DNA of 64,000 nt, taken from contig OZ245046.1 of NCBI GenBank assembly GCA_965224245.1, forward strand, positions 2,816,001 to 2,880,000, read 5' to 3'. Both the position numbers and the translations under genes were made by a program. Shown piece after piece: positions 9,602-18,870 of the stretch (position 1 is the stretch's first letter; every line of letters begins with the position of its first letter). This DNA is from Candidatus Eiseniibacteriota bacterium. GTDB lineage: Bacteria; Eisenbacteria; RBG-16-71-46; CAZAMP01. The notes under the pieces are model-generated. The model was given only the letters and a program-made list of their open reading frames with translations. It had not been told where the DNA came from and did not search any database.

Positions 9602-11119
9602 ATGCCGATGTCGTCGGTCGCATCGACGATCGAACACGTTTCGACGAAACGACTTGTCGCGCCCGTCCTCGCCGCCGGGGCACTCGCCGGGCTGGCCGCC
9701 GGTCTCCGGCAACCGATCTGGGTCGTGGCTGCGCTGGCCGCCGCGGCGAGCATCGGGCTCTGGCGCCGGCTTCCGCTGGCGATCCACGCGCTCACGCTCT
9801 GGGTCCCCATCCAGTACGCGGTGACGAAGGACCTGGCGCTCCTGCCCCGCGCCGCGGTCTGGCTGGACGAGGCGACCCTGGTGGGTCTGGCGGCGGCCCT
9901 CGTCCTGCGCCGGGTACGGCTGAGCACGCCGTTCGGCCCGACGCCGATCGATCGCCCGCTCCTCGCGTTCCTCCTGGTGGCCGCGGCGTCGGCGATCGCC
10001 AACGAGGTCCGTCCGATCGTCGCCATACTGGGATTGCGCGATCTCCTGCAGTACCTGGTCGTGTTCTACGCGCTCGCGTGGCTCCCTCTGTCCCCCCGAC
10101 TGGATCGCGCGTGCATTCGGCTCGCGGTCGGCGTCGGCCTGCTCCAGGCGCCGGTCGCGCTCGTGCAGGCCGCCTTGCTGTTCCGGGGCGCCGGGGATCG
10201 CCTGCTCGAAGGGAACTACGACATGACCGTGGGCACGTTCGGCCCCAGCGGTGGCGACTTCGTCGCGTACTACGTGACGTTCCTGTTTCTCCTCCTTCTG
10301 GCGCGCGCGCGATACGGCCGTCCGGTGAACGCGCTGGTGTTCCCGGCGTTGATCATCCCGTTCGTCGCGTCGACGTCGCGGCTGTGCTTTCTCGCGTTCC
10401 CGCCGTGCGCGCTCTGGCTCTTCCGCCGACAGGTTCTCTCCCACCCGCGCCGACTCGTGGTTCCCACCGCCGTGATCGGGATCGCGCTGGCCGGGCTCGC
10501 ACTCTACTACCGAAACGACCCCGCGCTGATGCGGATGGTGTTCGACCCCCGCACCATCGTCGCGTCCCAGTTCACGGTGGACGCTCACTACGTGGGCAGG
10601 GCCGTTCACTATCCGATGGCCTGGACGATGCTCACCGACATGGCGGCCAGCCCGTGGCTGGGGCTGGGGCCGGGCATGTACGTCGGTCCGACCGCGCACC
10701 ACTTCATGGTGCCGGCGACGCGGCTCGTCTACGACGTGTTCGGGATGGACCCCGCCACGCTGCGTTTCGGATCGGTGGACTCGGGGATCCTGCCGATCGT
10801 GACGCCGTACGGGGTCCTGGGTCTCACCGCCTTCGCGTGGATCCTGGCCCGGGTGTTCGGCATGGCCCGGGCGCTGGAGCGATCCGCCCGGCGGCCGGAG
10901 GATCGTGCGCTGGGCGCCGGCATGGGCGCGATCGTGCTGTTCGCGGTGCTGGGATGCCTGGCCGCGCCCGTGTTCGAGGTTCAGGTGCTGGCGTACTTCT
11001 TCTGGCTGTTCGCCGGCCTCGCGGTCCGCGCGGCCCGACGGAATGCCCTCTCCGGACGTGCACGGGGACACGCCGACCCGCTCGCCGCACACCCCGTCGA
11101 CCCGGCGGCCCGGGCATGA
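9602..11119 (+). CDS. O-antigen ligase/polymerase-like multi-pass membrane protein
   Basis: About 12 TM segments, STSR motif, PWLGLGPG loop and YGVLG. Start uncertain (9527/9602/9608). Confidence 0.7.
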   Translation: MPMSSVASTIEHVSTKRLVAPVLAAGALAGLAAGLRQPIWVVAALAAAASIGLWRRLPLAIHALTLWVPIQYAVTKDLALLPRAAVWLDEATLVGLAAALVLRRVRLSTPFGPTPIDRPLLAFLLVAAASAIANEVRPIVAILGLRDLLQYLVVFYALAWLPLSPRLDRACIRLAVGVGLLQAPVALVQAALLFRGAGDRLLEGNYDMTVGTFGPSGGDFVAYYVTFLFLLLLARARYGRPVNALVFPALIIPFVASTSRLCFLAFPPCALWLFRRQVLSHPRRLVVPTAVIGIALAGLALYYRNDPALMRMVFDPRTIVASQFTVDAHYVGRAVHYPMAWTMLTDMAASPWLGLGPGMYVGPTAHHFMVPATRLVYDVFGMDPATLRFGSVDSGILPIVTPYGVLGLTAFAWILARVFGMARALERSARRPEDRALGAGMGAIVLFAVLGCLAAPVFEVQVLAYFFWLFAGLAVRAARRNALSGRARGHADPLAAHPVDPAARA

Positions 11120-11463
11120 TCCCCTCCCCGATCGGCCCTCGCGCCCTCGGCGCCCGCTCGGCCGCCGCGTTCGCGATCGTCTCGTTCGCGACCGACGCCG
11201 CACTCCTGCTCGGCGACGCGGCAGGCGTCTCGCTCGCGCTCTCTCCGCGCTCGATCGCGCTCGCGGTCGTGATCGGGACCGCGTGGCTGTGGTCGGTTCT
11301 CTGGACGCTCCCGATGGTCGGTGCCGCCGTCCTCCACGTCGTTGCCAGCGCGCGGGGCCTCCGGGAGATCTCGCCCCTCGGCGACGGGCGGGTCTCGCCA
11401 CACGTTCTCTTCGCCGCCGGGCTCGTCAACGCCTGTACCGTCTGGCTGCTCTTTCCACGATGA
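11116..11463 (+). CDS. Small hypothetical membrane protein
   Basis: ATGA overlap with the upstream stop; three hydrophobic stretches. Confidence 0.5.
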   Translation: MIPSPIGPRALGARSAAAFAIVSFATDAALLLGDAAGVSLALSPRSIALAVVIGTAWLWSVLWTLPMVGAAVLHVVASARGLREISPLGDGRVSPHVLFAAGLVNACTVWLLFPR

Positions 11464-11727
11464 CGACGACGCCGACCCGGCCGGGCGTCGTCGAGACCCC
11501 GGCGGCTCGCGGCCGCCGGGCGTCTCTGAAGACGCGTGCGTCGATCCCCGGAACCGGCCTTCGGCTTCTCGTGATGATCCGCGCGCCGAGCGGATTTGTG
11601 ACTCGGCGGGCCCGTCGATTGTCCGTTGCTCGACGGCAACCGACCGCGTATCGTGCGCGGCATCGATCACGCATAGTCAATTCGCCATACGATGTGGCGG
11701 ATCCCGAACCTGGAGGAGGCTCTGCCA

Positions 11728-12642
11728 ATGACTGGTCTCAGCGCCCCGATGCCCTGGTGGCGACTGCTCTCGACGATCGCGGCCGCGGGACTTCTCGCCG
11801 CGGGTTGCGGCGACGACTCCGACGACGGCGTCAGCCCCGAGGACACGCCCCCCTCGAACCTGGCCGTGGTCAACGGTGACGGCCAGGTCACGCTCGTGTG
11901 GGATGCGGCAGTCGACGCCCGCCTGGCGGCCTTCGAGAGCTACAACATCTACCGCGCGCCGTCGAGCATGGTCGGGATGGCCCTCGACGACCTCGTCGAG
12001 TACGTGGTCGGCACCCGGCTGTTCGACGATGGGACCGAGTTCACCGACACCGGCGTGACCAACGGCAATCGCTATTTCTATGCCGTGCGCGCGGTGGACT
12101 CCAATGGCAGCGTGAGCGCCCCCTCGAACGAGATCGACGTGGCACCGCGTCCGGACGGAGGCCCGGTCGCCCTGTTCGAGTTCGACTCGAAGGGCACCAG
12201 CGGTCTCGGCCTGTCCGAGGGCGCATCGTTCGCGATGAGCAGCTCCAGTCCCGACAACCGTCCGATGATCGACCTGTACCTGGGCACGACCGACGAGAAC
12301 GATCTGCCCACCGATCCCCTCGACGAGAGCACCGTCTACTCGCTCGCGCTCAAGAGCCCGAGCCTGGTCCTGAATGGATCGCCCGCGTGGGCCGAGCGCT
12401 CGGCGAGCATCAAGGTGCTCCTGAGCTTCGACGAGCCCACCACCACCGACGACAACTGGACCGATCAGATCATCCTGGATCCCGCCGACCTCCCGAAGGT
12501 CTTCGCGGTGCGCACGCCGCTGGAGGAAGGTCAGTACCACTACGGGAAGGTCGAGGTCACGGGCATCAGCGGTGATCCCGGCTCGCGTCAGGTACAGCTG
12601 AACTGGGCCTATCAGACGCTGCCCGACTACATCAGCTTCTGA
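11728..12642 (+). CDS. Lipoprotein with fibronectin type III domain
   Basis: GGAGGAGG RBS, lipobox LLAAGC, FN3 signature PSNL..GDGQVTLVW...YNIYR...FTDTGV.NG..YFYAVRAVD.NG..S..SN. Confidence 0.8.
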   Translation: MTGLSAPMPWWRLLSTIAAAGLLAAGCGDDSDDGVSPEDTPPSNLAVVNGDGQVTLVWDAAVDARLAAFESYNIYRAPSSMVGMALDDLVEYVVGTRLFDDGTEFTDTGVTNGNRYFYAVRAVDSNGSVSAPSNEIDVAPRPDGGPVALFEFDSKGTSGLGLSEGASFAMSSSSPDNRPMIDLYLGTTDENDLPTDPLDESTVYSLALKSPSLVLNGSPAWAERSASIKVLLSFDEPTTTDDNWTDQIILDPADLPKVFAVRTPLEEGQYHYGKVEVTGISGDPGSRQVQLNWAYQTLPDYISF

Positions 12643-12704
12643 CCGACTCCTCGTCGTGGCGCGGCGTGGTCGCGCCACGACACCCTCCGCACGGGACGTG
12701 ACCC

Positions 12705-14030
12705 ATGCCCACCCGCGCGTCGCTCGTGAGCGCTCTCGTCGCCGGCGCGGTGCTCGCGGCCCTGATGGCGATCCGGCTCGGCGCACCGTGGCAGTACATC
12801 CACGACGACAACGGCGCTTGGACGCAGGGGGTGGCCGCGGCCCGGCTCCATGCGGGGTGGGCGGCCACGTACGGTCAGGACTTCTTTCTGAGTCGCCAGG
12901 ACGGCACGCTCGTCCCGTACCTCCATCACCCGCCGCTGTACGGCGCATGCGCGGCGGCGTGGATCGCGCTCGCCGGAGTGGACTCGCCCCTCGGGGTTCG
13001 ACTCCTGCCGTATCTCTGGCATCTCGTCGGGTTCGCCGGCTTCGCGATGCTGGCCGCGCGTGTGTGGGCGCGTGACCTCGTCGCGTACCGGATCGCGCTC
13101 GTCACGTACGCGGTCGTTCCGATGAGCACCTACTTCGGCAAGATGCCGTTCAACGAGCCGATGGGCCTCGCGCTTCTGACCTGGGCGTTTCTGTGGCTCC
13201 ACCGGCATCGCGCGTCCGGGCGCCGGGCCGATCTCGCCGCGAGCCTCGCCTGCTGGGTGCTCGCCGGTCTGACGAGCTGGACCGCGTACGTGCTCTGGTT
13301 CGCGGCGTGGATCTGGACGCTCTCCGATCTCCGCGATCCCGACCCGGGCACGATCCGTCACGCGCGGCGGGCGGCGCTCGCTCTCGCCGTCCTGGCCCTG
13401 GCCACGTGCGGGTCGACCGCCGGGCACCTGGCGTGGGTCGCACACCGGGTCCGGGACTCGACCACGGCCGAGCACGCCACGCTCGGCGACGCTGCGAGAC
13501 ACTGGGGGCTCCTGGCACTCGACCCGCATGAGGCGGTCAGACGCGTCGGCAAGGCGGTGGACTTTCACCGCGTGTACTTCGCGAACGTACCGTTCGTGCT
13601 CTACGTGGTGTGGCTGGCGGCACGCGCGCGCGACGTCGTGCGTCGCGTCCGACTCACGAGCGACGCGCGGCTCCTCGTCCTGGGCTCGGCCGGGTGCGCC
13701 CTGTGGGTCATCTCGTTCCTGCGGCAGACGACCGTTCACGCCTACGGACAGTTCTGGTACCTGCCGTTCGAGTGTCTCGCGGTCGGTGGGATCGGATCGG
13801 GGATGTGGCGCCCTCGACCCGCCGGGCGCGAGCGGTCCCGCCGCGCCCGCGTGGCGCTGGCGTCGGTCCTCGTGGCGGGAACGATCGTGTCGACCGCGAC
13901 GTTTCTCGCCCACCGATACCGCGGACCGTCAGGGTACGCGGTCGACGGAGCCGCGAGGCTGCGCGCGGCCTACGTGCTGGAGCGACCGGGCGCGAACCCC
14001 GGCGCCGACGAGCCCCAGCGCCACCAGTAG
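12705..14030 (+). CDS. GT-C (ArnT/GT39-like) membrane glycosyltransferase
   Basis: DD in the first loop, YLHHPPLY motif, multiple TM helices. Confidence 0.7.
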   Translation: MPTRASLVSALVAGAVLAALMAIRLGAPWQYIHDDNGAWTQGVAAARLHAGWAATYGQDFFLSRQDGTLVPYLHHPPLYGACAAAWIALAGVDSPLGVRLLPYLWHLVGFAGFAMLAARVWARDLVAYRIALVTYAVVPMSTYFGKMPFNEPMGLALLTWAFLWLHRHRASGRRADLAASLACWVLAGLTSWTAYVLWFAAWIWTLSDLRDPDPGTIRHARRAALALAVLALATCGSTAGHLAWVAHRVRDSTTAEHATLGDAARHWGLLALDPHEAVRRVGKAVDFHRVYFANVPFVLYVVWLAARARDVVRRVRLTSDARLLVLGSAGCALWVISFLRQTTVHAYGQFWYLPFECLAVGGIGSGMWRPRPAGRERSRRARVALASVLVAGTIVSTATFLAHRYRGPSGYAVDGAARLRAAYVLERPGANPGADEPQRHQ

Positions 14031-16256
14031 CTGGGCGAGCCGGGAGAGCGCGATCCACGCCGGCAGACGCTCGTCGATCCGGATCTCGTGCGCGCCGGGC
14101 GCCACGTCCACCACGATGCCGCCGAGCGGCCCCGCGCTCCAGGTGACGGGCTCCCCGTCGACGTGCACGACGGCATGACGGGACGGATTGCGCGACAGTC
14201 GCACGCGCGCGGACCCGAGGTCGGGAAGCGCGAAGATCGACGTCGGCCCCTCGAAGCGCCTCGTGGCACCGGGCACGGGTCGTGGTCGCGCGTCACGCCA
14301 CCAGGCGAGCCCCTCGGTCGTGAGCCGCGCGGATTCCTCCGGCGACAGTCCGCGGGGCGGCACGGTGCCCGGCTCCGGCGTCGGCGGCGGATGCGGGTCG
14401 CCGGGATCGAGCACGTGCACCGGCGAGGCCCCGGTGATCACCAGCACCGGGGCATCCGGCGCACGCGTCACTCCCGGAGGCAGCTCCGGGACGTCGGGGC
14501 GGACGTGGCCGGTGCGCGTGGTCAGCGTCACGCATCGAACGTCGTGAAACGCCAGGAGTCCGGCGACGTCGGCCGGCAGCGCGCGCTCGCCGAGCGACGC
14601 GGCCACCGTGTCGATCAGCGCGAGCTGGTGCTTGTACGCGGGCGGCGACCCCTGGATGAACGGACCTCCGACGCTGGGAATGCGCCGCGTGGGCGCGTAG
14701 TGCCAGGAGCTGGCTTGCGCGCGCCCGCGCGCGTCGACCGGCAGCTCGAGCCAGCGCCCGTCTCCGACGAGCGTCTCCACGCGATCCAGCGTGGCGGCTC
14801 GACCGGCGTCCGGGTGTACGTACGGCGCGAGCAGGCTGAACGGGGCGACGTCCAGCAAGAGGACGAGACACGCGGCGGCGACCCAGCGTGGCCGTTTCGA
14901 GAGCGACGCCATGCACGCGGCGACACCCAGCACGAGACCGACGGCGGCCAGATCGGCTCCGGGACGGCCGGGCGCGGTCAGTGCGAACGGGACGAGCGCC
15001 ATCACCGCCGCGTCCAGACTCCCCGGCGCGCCGCCGCTTCGCGCTCGACGCGAGCGGAGCACGCCGGAGGCGGCGAGGATCACGACGCTGAGCCCCACGT
15101 ACGTCGTCGAGAGCGGATGCCAGCGGACCGCGGCCAGGAGCGTGTCCGCCGGGGGGAGCGACAGCCCGACCCCACCTCCGCGTCCCGCCTCGCGCGCGAA
15201 CTCGCTGGACCACAGGAACCGCCCCGCGCTCGTCCCCACGAGGACGGCGGCGCCGAGGGCCGCCACGAGGATGCCCAGGGTCCGCTCCGCGAGCCATCTG
15301 CGCCGCGCGGCCCCTCCGAGCGCGCTCGCCACCCGGACCGTGCGCACGGCACCGAACGAGGCGCCGATGCCGAAAGCGACGAGCGCGGCCCCCGCATGGG
15401 CCTCGAACGCCAGCCAGGCCGCGACCGCGCTCAGCGCCGCGCCGGCGATGGGACGTCTGCCCCGCACGATCTCCTCGACGCCCACGAGGATCCACGGCAT
15501 GGCGGCGATGGTCAGCGACTCGGGCAGCCGGCCGCGCCACATCGCGCACGCGTGCACCGTCGGCAGAAGCCCGAACACGAGCCCGCTCACGATGCTCGCC
15601 ACGCGCGAGCGGTGAAGGCGCCACGCCAGCAGCGCGAGTCCGGCCGCGCCGATCGCCCGCGCGGTCCACACCAGCACCTTCGCCGCGCTCGACGCAGAGA
15701 GCCCGAGATCGATCCAGACGCCGAGGCACGCGTGGGCGAGCGGCGGGTACTCCTGTCCGATCGGATACCCGCCGTACCAGAGATCCGTCCACACCGGCAC
15801 GCGCAGCCGCGCGAGCTCCTCCGACCAGTACCAGCCGCGCGCGACGTGCGTCTTCGAGTCCGCGAGCGTCATCTCTCCGCCGGCCAGGAGCGCCACCGTG
15901 GCCAGGAGCGTGCCCGCGACGACCCACGCGATCGGCGTCAGCGCGCCTCCGGTGGTGATCGGCGACGGGCGCGTCTCGCCGGTCGCCCGTGCGCTCGTGG
16001 CGGCCTCCGCACCGGCCCCCAGCCCGCGAACCGTCGCCAGCACGCTGATCGCGGCCACGATCAGACACGTGACCGCGACGATCGACGCCGCGAGCACCAG
16101 CGACGGCATCGGCCACAGCGCCGACGGATCGACGCGTCCCTCGGACAGCAGCGTGTCGAAGAGGCGATCGCGGCACCATGGCGAGACCACGCAGCCGAGG
16201 AGCGGCCAGGCGAGCGCGAGGCACGCGAGCGTCTTCAGAGGAGCACGATGGGTCAC
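13929..16256 (-). CDS. GT-C-like membrane protein (PTPS-related / YfhO-like domain)
   Basis: D..TH, P.WTDLWYGGYP....YPPL motif, many TM helices, C-terminal soluble domain with a terminal TM helix. Confidence 0.7.
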   Translation of the reverse strand: MTHRAPLKTLACLALAWPLLGCVVSPWCRDRLFDTLLSEGRVDPSALWPMPSLVLAASIVAVTCLIVAAISVLATVRGLGAGAEAATSARATGETRPSPITTGGALTPIAWVVAGTLLATVALLAGGEMTLADSKTHVARGWYWSEELARLRVPVWTDLWYGGYPIGQEYPPLAHACLGVWIDLGLSASSAAKVLVWTARAIGAAGLALLAWRLHRSRVASIVSGLVFGLLPTVHACAMWRGRLPESLTIAAMPWILVGVEEIVRGRRPIAGAALSAVAAWLAFEAHAGAALVAFGIGASFGAVRTVRVASALGGAARRRWLAERTLGILVAALGAAVLVGTSAGRFLWSSEFAREAGRGGGVGLSLPPADTLLAAVRWHPLSTTYVGLSVVILAASGVLRSRRARSGGAPGSLDAAVMALVPFALTAPGRPGADLAAVGLVLGVAACMASLSKRPRWVAAACLVLLLDVAPFSLLAPYVHPDAGRAATLDRVETLVGDGRWLELPVDARGRAQASSWHYAPTRRIPSVGGPFIQGSPPAYKHQLALIDTVAASLGERALPADVAGLLAFHDVRCVTLTTRTGHVRPDVPELPPGVTRAPDAPVLVITGASPVHVLDPGDPHPPPTPEPGTVPPRGLSPEESARLTTEGLAWWRDARPRPVPGATRRFEGPTSIFALPDLGSARVRLSRNPSRHAVVHVDGEPVTWSAGPLGGIVVDVAPGAHEIRIDERLPAWIALSRLAQLLVALGLVGAGVRARSLQHVGRAQPRGSVDRVP

Positions 16257-16777
16257 GGCAGGAGACGCCGCGCCTCGGTGCAGCGCGATCGCCAGTACGG
16301 CGCATCCAGGCGCGACACGACGACCCCCTCGCGGCTGGACGCATGCGCGAAGCGCGTGCGGTCGAGATACACGCCCACGTGGTCGGGCCCGGCGCTCGCG
16401 CCGTCGATCGCGAAGAACACGAGATCACCGGGGCGCAGCGCGTCCAGGCCCACCCGCCATCCGGCCCCGGTCTGGCGCGCGACCGTTCTCGGAAGCTCGC
16501 GCCGGAAGAGCTCGATGTAGAGGCGCTGGACGAAGCCGGAACAATCGATGCCGGTCTCGGTCTGGCCACCCAGCCGATGGGGCGTTCCCCGCCAGGCCTC
16601 GACGTATCCTTCCAGCGTCGCGAGCCGACGCTCGAGCTCGTGACGCTCGCCGGCATCCCGGACGTCGGCCGAGCCGATGCCGCGTGCGGCGGCCATGTTC
16701 GACGCACAGGCGAGCGTCCCCCCGAGCATCGCGACCAGGAGGGTGCCCGTGATCACGACGCGAACGTGCGCCGCCAC
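16253..16777 (-). CDS. NlpC/P60 (C40) cell-wall peptidase, probable lipoprotein
   Basis: W.GTP.RLGG...GIDCSGF, LRPGDLVFF, HVGVY, FAHAS; TLAC lipobox-like. Start uncertain (GTG 16777 chosen). Confidence 0.9.
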   Translation of the reverse strand: MAAHVRVVITGTLLVAMLGGTLACASNMAAARGIGSADVRDAGERHELERRLATLEGYVEAWRGTPHRLGGQTETGIDCSGFVQRLYIELFRRELPRTVARQTGAGWRVGLDALRPGDLVFFAIDGASAGPDHVGVYLDRTRFAHASSREGVVVSRLDAPYWRSRCTEARRLLP

Positions 16778-16820
16778 CGAACGGGTCGCACCCCGCGGCG
16801 GCGTCCGTCCGGGCCGCAGG

Positions 16821-17255
16821 CTGGCGAGCCACGTGTACCCTCTCGACCGCGACGGGGGCTCCATGCGGAACCGAGAGGAAGTGGATCCCGGCGGGCACGG
16901 CCCGGCCCGATGCATCCCGGAGATCCCACGTGATCGAGGGTCGATTGCCGTCATCGGTCCTGATCTCCCGAGCTCGTCGCCCGCGCGCGTCGACGACGGC
17001 GATCGAGGTGACGTCCGGTGGCGCCGCGACGTGCAGCGCCGCGTGTGCCGGATTGGGCAACGCGTCGAGCCGCCGGAGCACCGGTGGGGGCACGTCGCCG
17101 ACCTCCAGCGCGTTCAGCGCGAACGGATACCACTCTCCGGCGGCGATGTCACCGTCGCCGTCGCCGGACGGCGGCAACAGGACGAGCGGATCGCCATGGT
17201 CGGTGCCGTGGTGCGCGGCCCCCAGGTAGATTGCGGGCGGCCGCCGTTCCGCTCG
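16821..17255 (-). pseudogene. Remnant 3' end of a secreted protein with FlgD-Ig-like C-terminal domain
   Basis: Frame reads ...ALPNPA...VVDARGRR...ITWDLRDASGRAVPAGIHFL...RVHVAR. No signal peptide, and a TGA lies upstream at 17256-17258. Confidence 0.6.
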
Positions 17256-17436
17256 TCACTTCCCGCAAGAGCCTAGCCCATCATCCACGTGCGCGCGACG
17301 CGTTCGACCCGCGCCACCCCGTCCGCGATCTCCGTCCCGGTAGTGGAGCCCCCACCGGTGTGATACCGTCCGCGTCGTTCCCACCTCGCGGGTGCGCTCG
17401 GCGCCGGGAACGTTGCTCGACCTCGGAGATGCACAC

Positions 17437-18858
17437 ATGGGCTCGTCGACGTCTCGTATCGCCGGAGCCGTTCTGCCCGCGGCGTGCGCGCTGTGTGCGC
17501 TCGGGCTTGTCGTGCTGGCGGGCTGTGGCGACGACGGCGGCACGTCCCCGGGCCCACCCACGGACCCGATGCTGCGCGCGCCCGACGCGTGGGCGGGCAC
17601 GTGGCAGAGACGCTCGACGCCGGGCACCGGACGCGGCGGCGAGGACGTCGAGATCTCACCGCTCTGCGCGGGTGCGGACGTCGCGGCGGCCTTCGGCCTG
17701 GAGTCGATCGGCACGCTGGGCAGGCTCTCGTGCACGGGCGTGTGGAACGACGCGGTCGCCGACTTCGTGTGCACCGGCCCGGTGTCCATCGGACCGTGTG
17801 CCGCCGTGCTGACGCTGGAGGTCGATCTCGTTCTCTCCGGCGACGTGTTCTCCGGCGTCGTCACCCGGTCGATCGACGTGGACGACGCGTGCACGCTCGA
17901 GCCGGTCGTTGCGACGTCCGTGATCGAGGCCCGCCGACTCGACGCGGGAACCCCCGGGTGCGACCAACCCGAGGACGGCATCGCGTTCGGCGACGTACCC
18001 GCCGTGCTCGCCGGACGGTGGACGATCACCTGGACCCCGAGCGCGAGCTGCGACGACGTCACGGGGGTGGGCGACCCGACGGTGTGGTCCGACCGGCTCG
18101 TCTGCACGGGGGCGCCGATCCACGAGGTCTTCGGGGCGACCGGAAGCCCCGACGCGCTCGGCGGCTTCCTCGTGGACGGGGACGACGTCCGGGGCGAGGC
18201 CTTCTGGTCGCTCACCGACGATGACGGTCCCTGCACGGTCATCACGACGTTCGAGCTGACGGTGGAGGGCTCGGCCTCGGGCGGCGCGCTGTCGGGAACG
18301 CTGCGCCGGTCCACACGCACGATCGGGGGCGACGGCGGCTGCGTGGACGAGGTGATCTGCACCGGGTCGTGGGTCGAGGCCACGCGAACGAGCACCGACG
18401 TCTCGGCCTGTCCGCCCGACGGTGGTGGCGACGAGGTGCTCACGACGTTCGTGCTTCCGGTCGCCTGGGCCGGTCGGTGGTCGGTGAGCAACACGGTGAT
18501 CGACTGCCGCGCCGACGACGTGCTGTTCTCGGGCACCCTCGCCGAGACCTGGTGCCCGTCCGCCGCGCTGACCGACGTCTTCTTCCCCACGACCATCCCG
18601 CCCGGCTACGAGTGGGCGTGCGAGGAAGCCGTGCTCTCCGACACGGAGATCCGGATCACCTGCACCGGAACGCGCGGCTCCGGCACCCCGTGCGTGGAGG
18701 TGCAGAGCGTCTCGCTCAGCGTCGTTCGCACGTCGGAGACCACCTTCGAGGGCGCCGCCGCGTACGGCGCCGCGTCGACGTCGGACTGCGGGGTGGAGAC
18801 CACGTGCCTGACCCGCGCCTTCGACGGAACGCTGTCGGGGCCGCCCGACTGCCCCTAG
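17437..18858 (+). CDS. Cysteine-rich lipoprotein with three repeated beta-rich domains
   Basis: GGAG RBS, lipobox VLAGC, three (W/L)AGxW-initiated domains, 20 Cys in the mature part after the lipobox Cys. Confidence 0.75.
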   Translation: MGSSTSRIAGAVLPAACALCALGLVVLAGCGDDGGTSPGPPTDPMLRAPDAWAGTWQRRSTPGTGRGGEDVEISPLCAGADVAAAFGLESIGTLGRLSCTGVWNDAVADFVCTGPVSIGPCAAVLTLEVDLVLSGDVFSGVVTRSIDVDDACTLEPVVATSVIEARRLDAGTPGCDQPEDGIAFGDVPAVLAGRWTITWTPSASCDDVTGVGDPTVWSDRLVCTGAPIHEVFGATGSPDALGGFLVDGDDVRGEAFWSLTDDDGPCTVITTFELTVEGSASGGALSGTLRRSTRTIGGDGGCVDEVICTGSWVEATRTSTDVSACPPDGGGDEVLTTFVLPVAWAGRWSVSNTVIDCRADDVLFSGTLAETWCPSAALTDVFFPTTIPPGYEWACEEAVLSDTEIRITCTGTRGSGTPCVEVQSVSLSVVRTSETTFEGAAAYGAASTSDCGVETTCLTRAFDGTLSGPPDCP

Positions 18859-18870
18859 TCCCCCAGGCGC

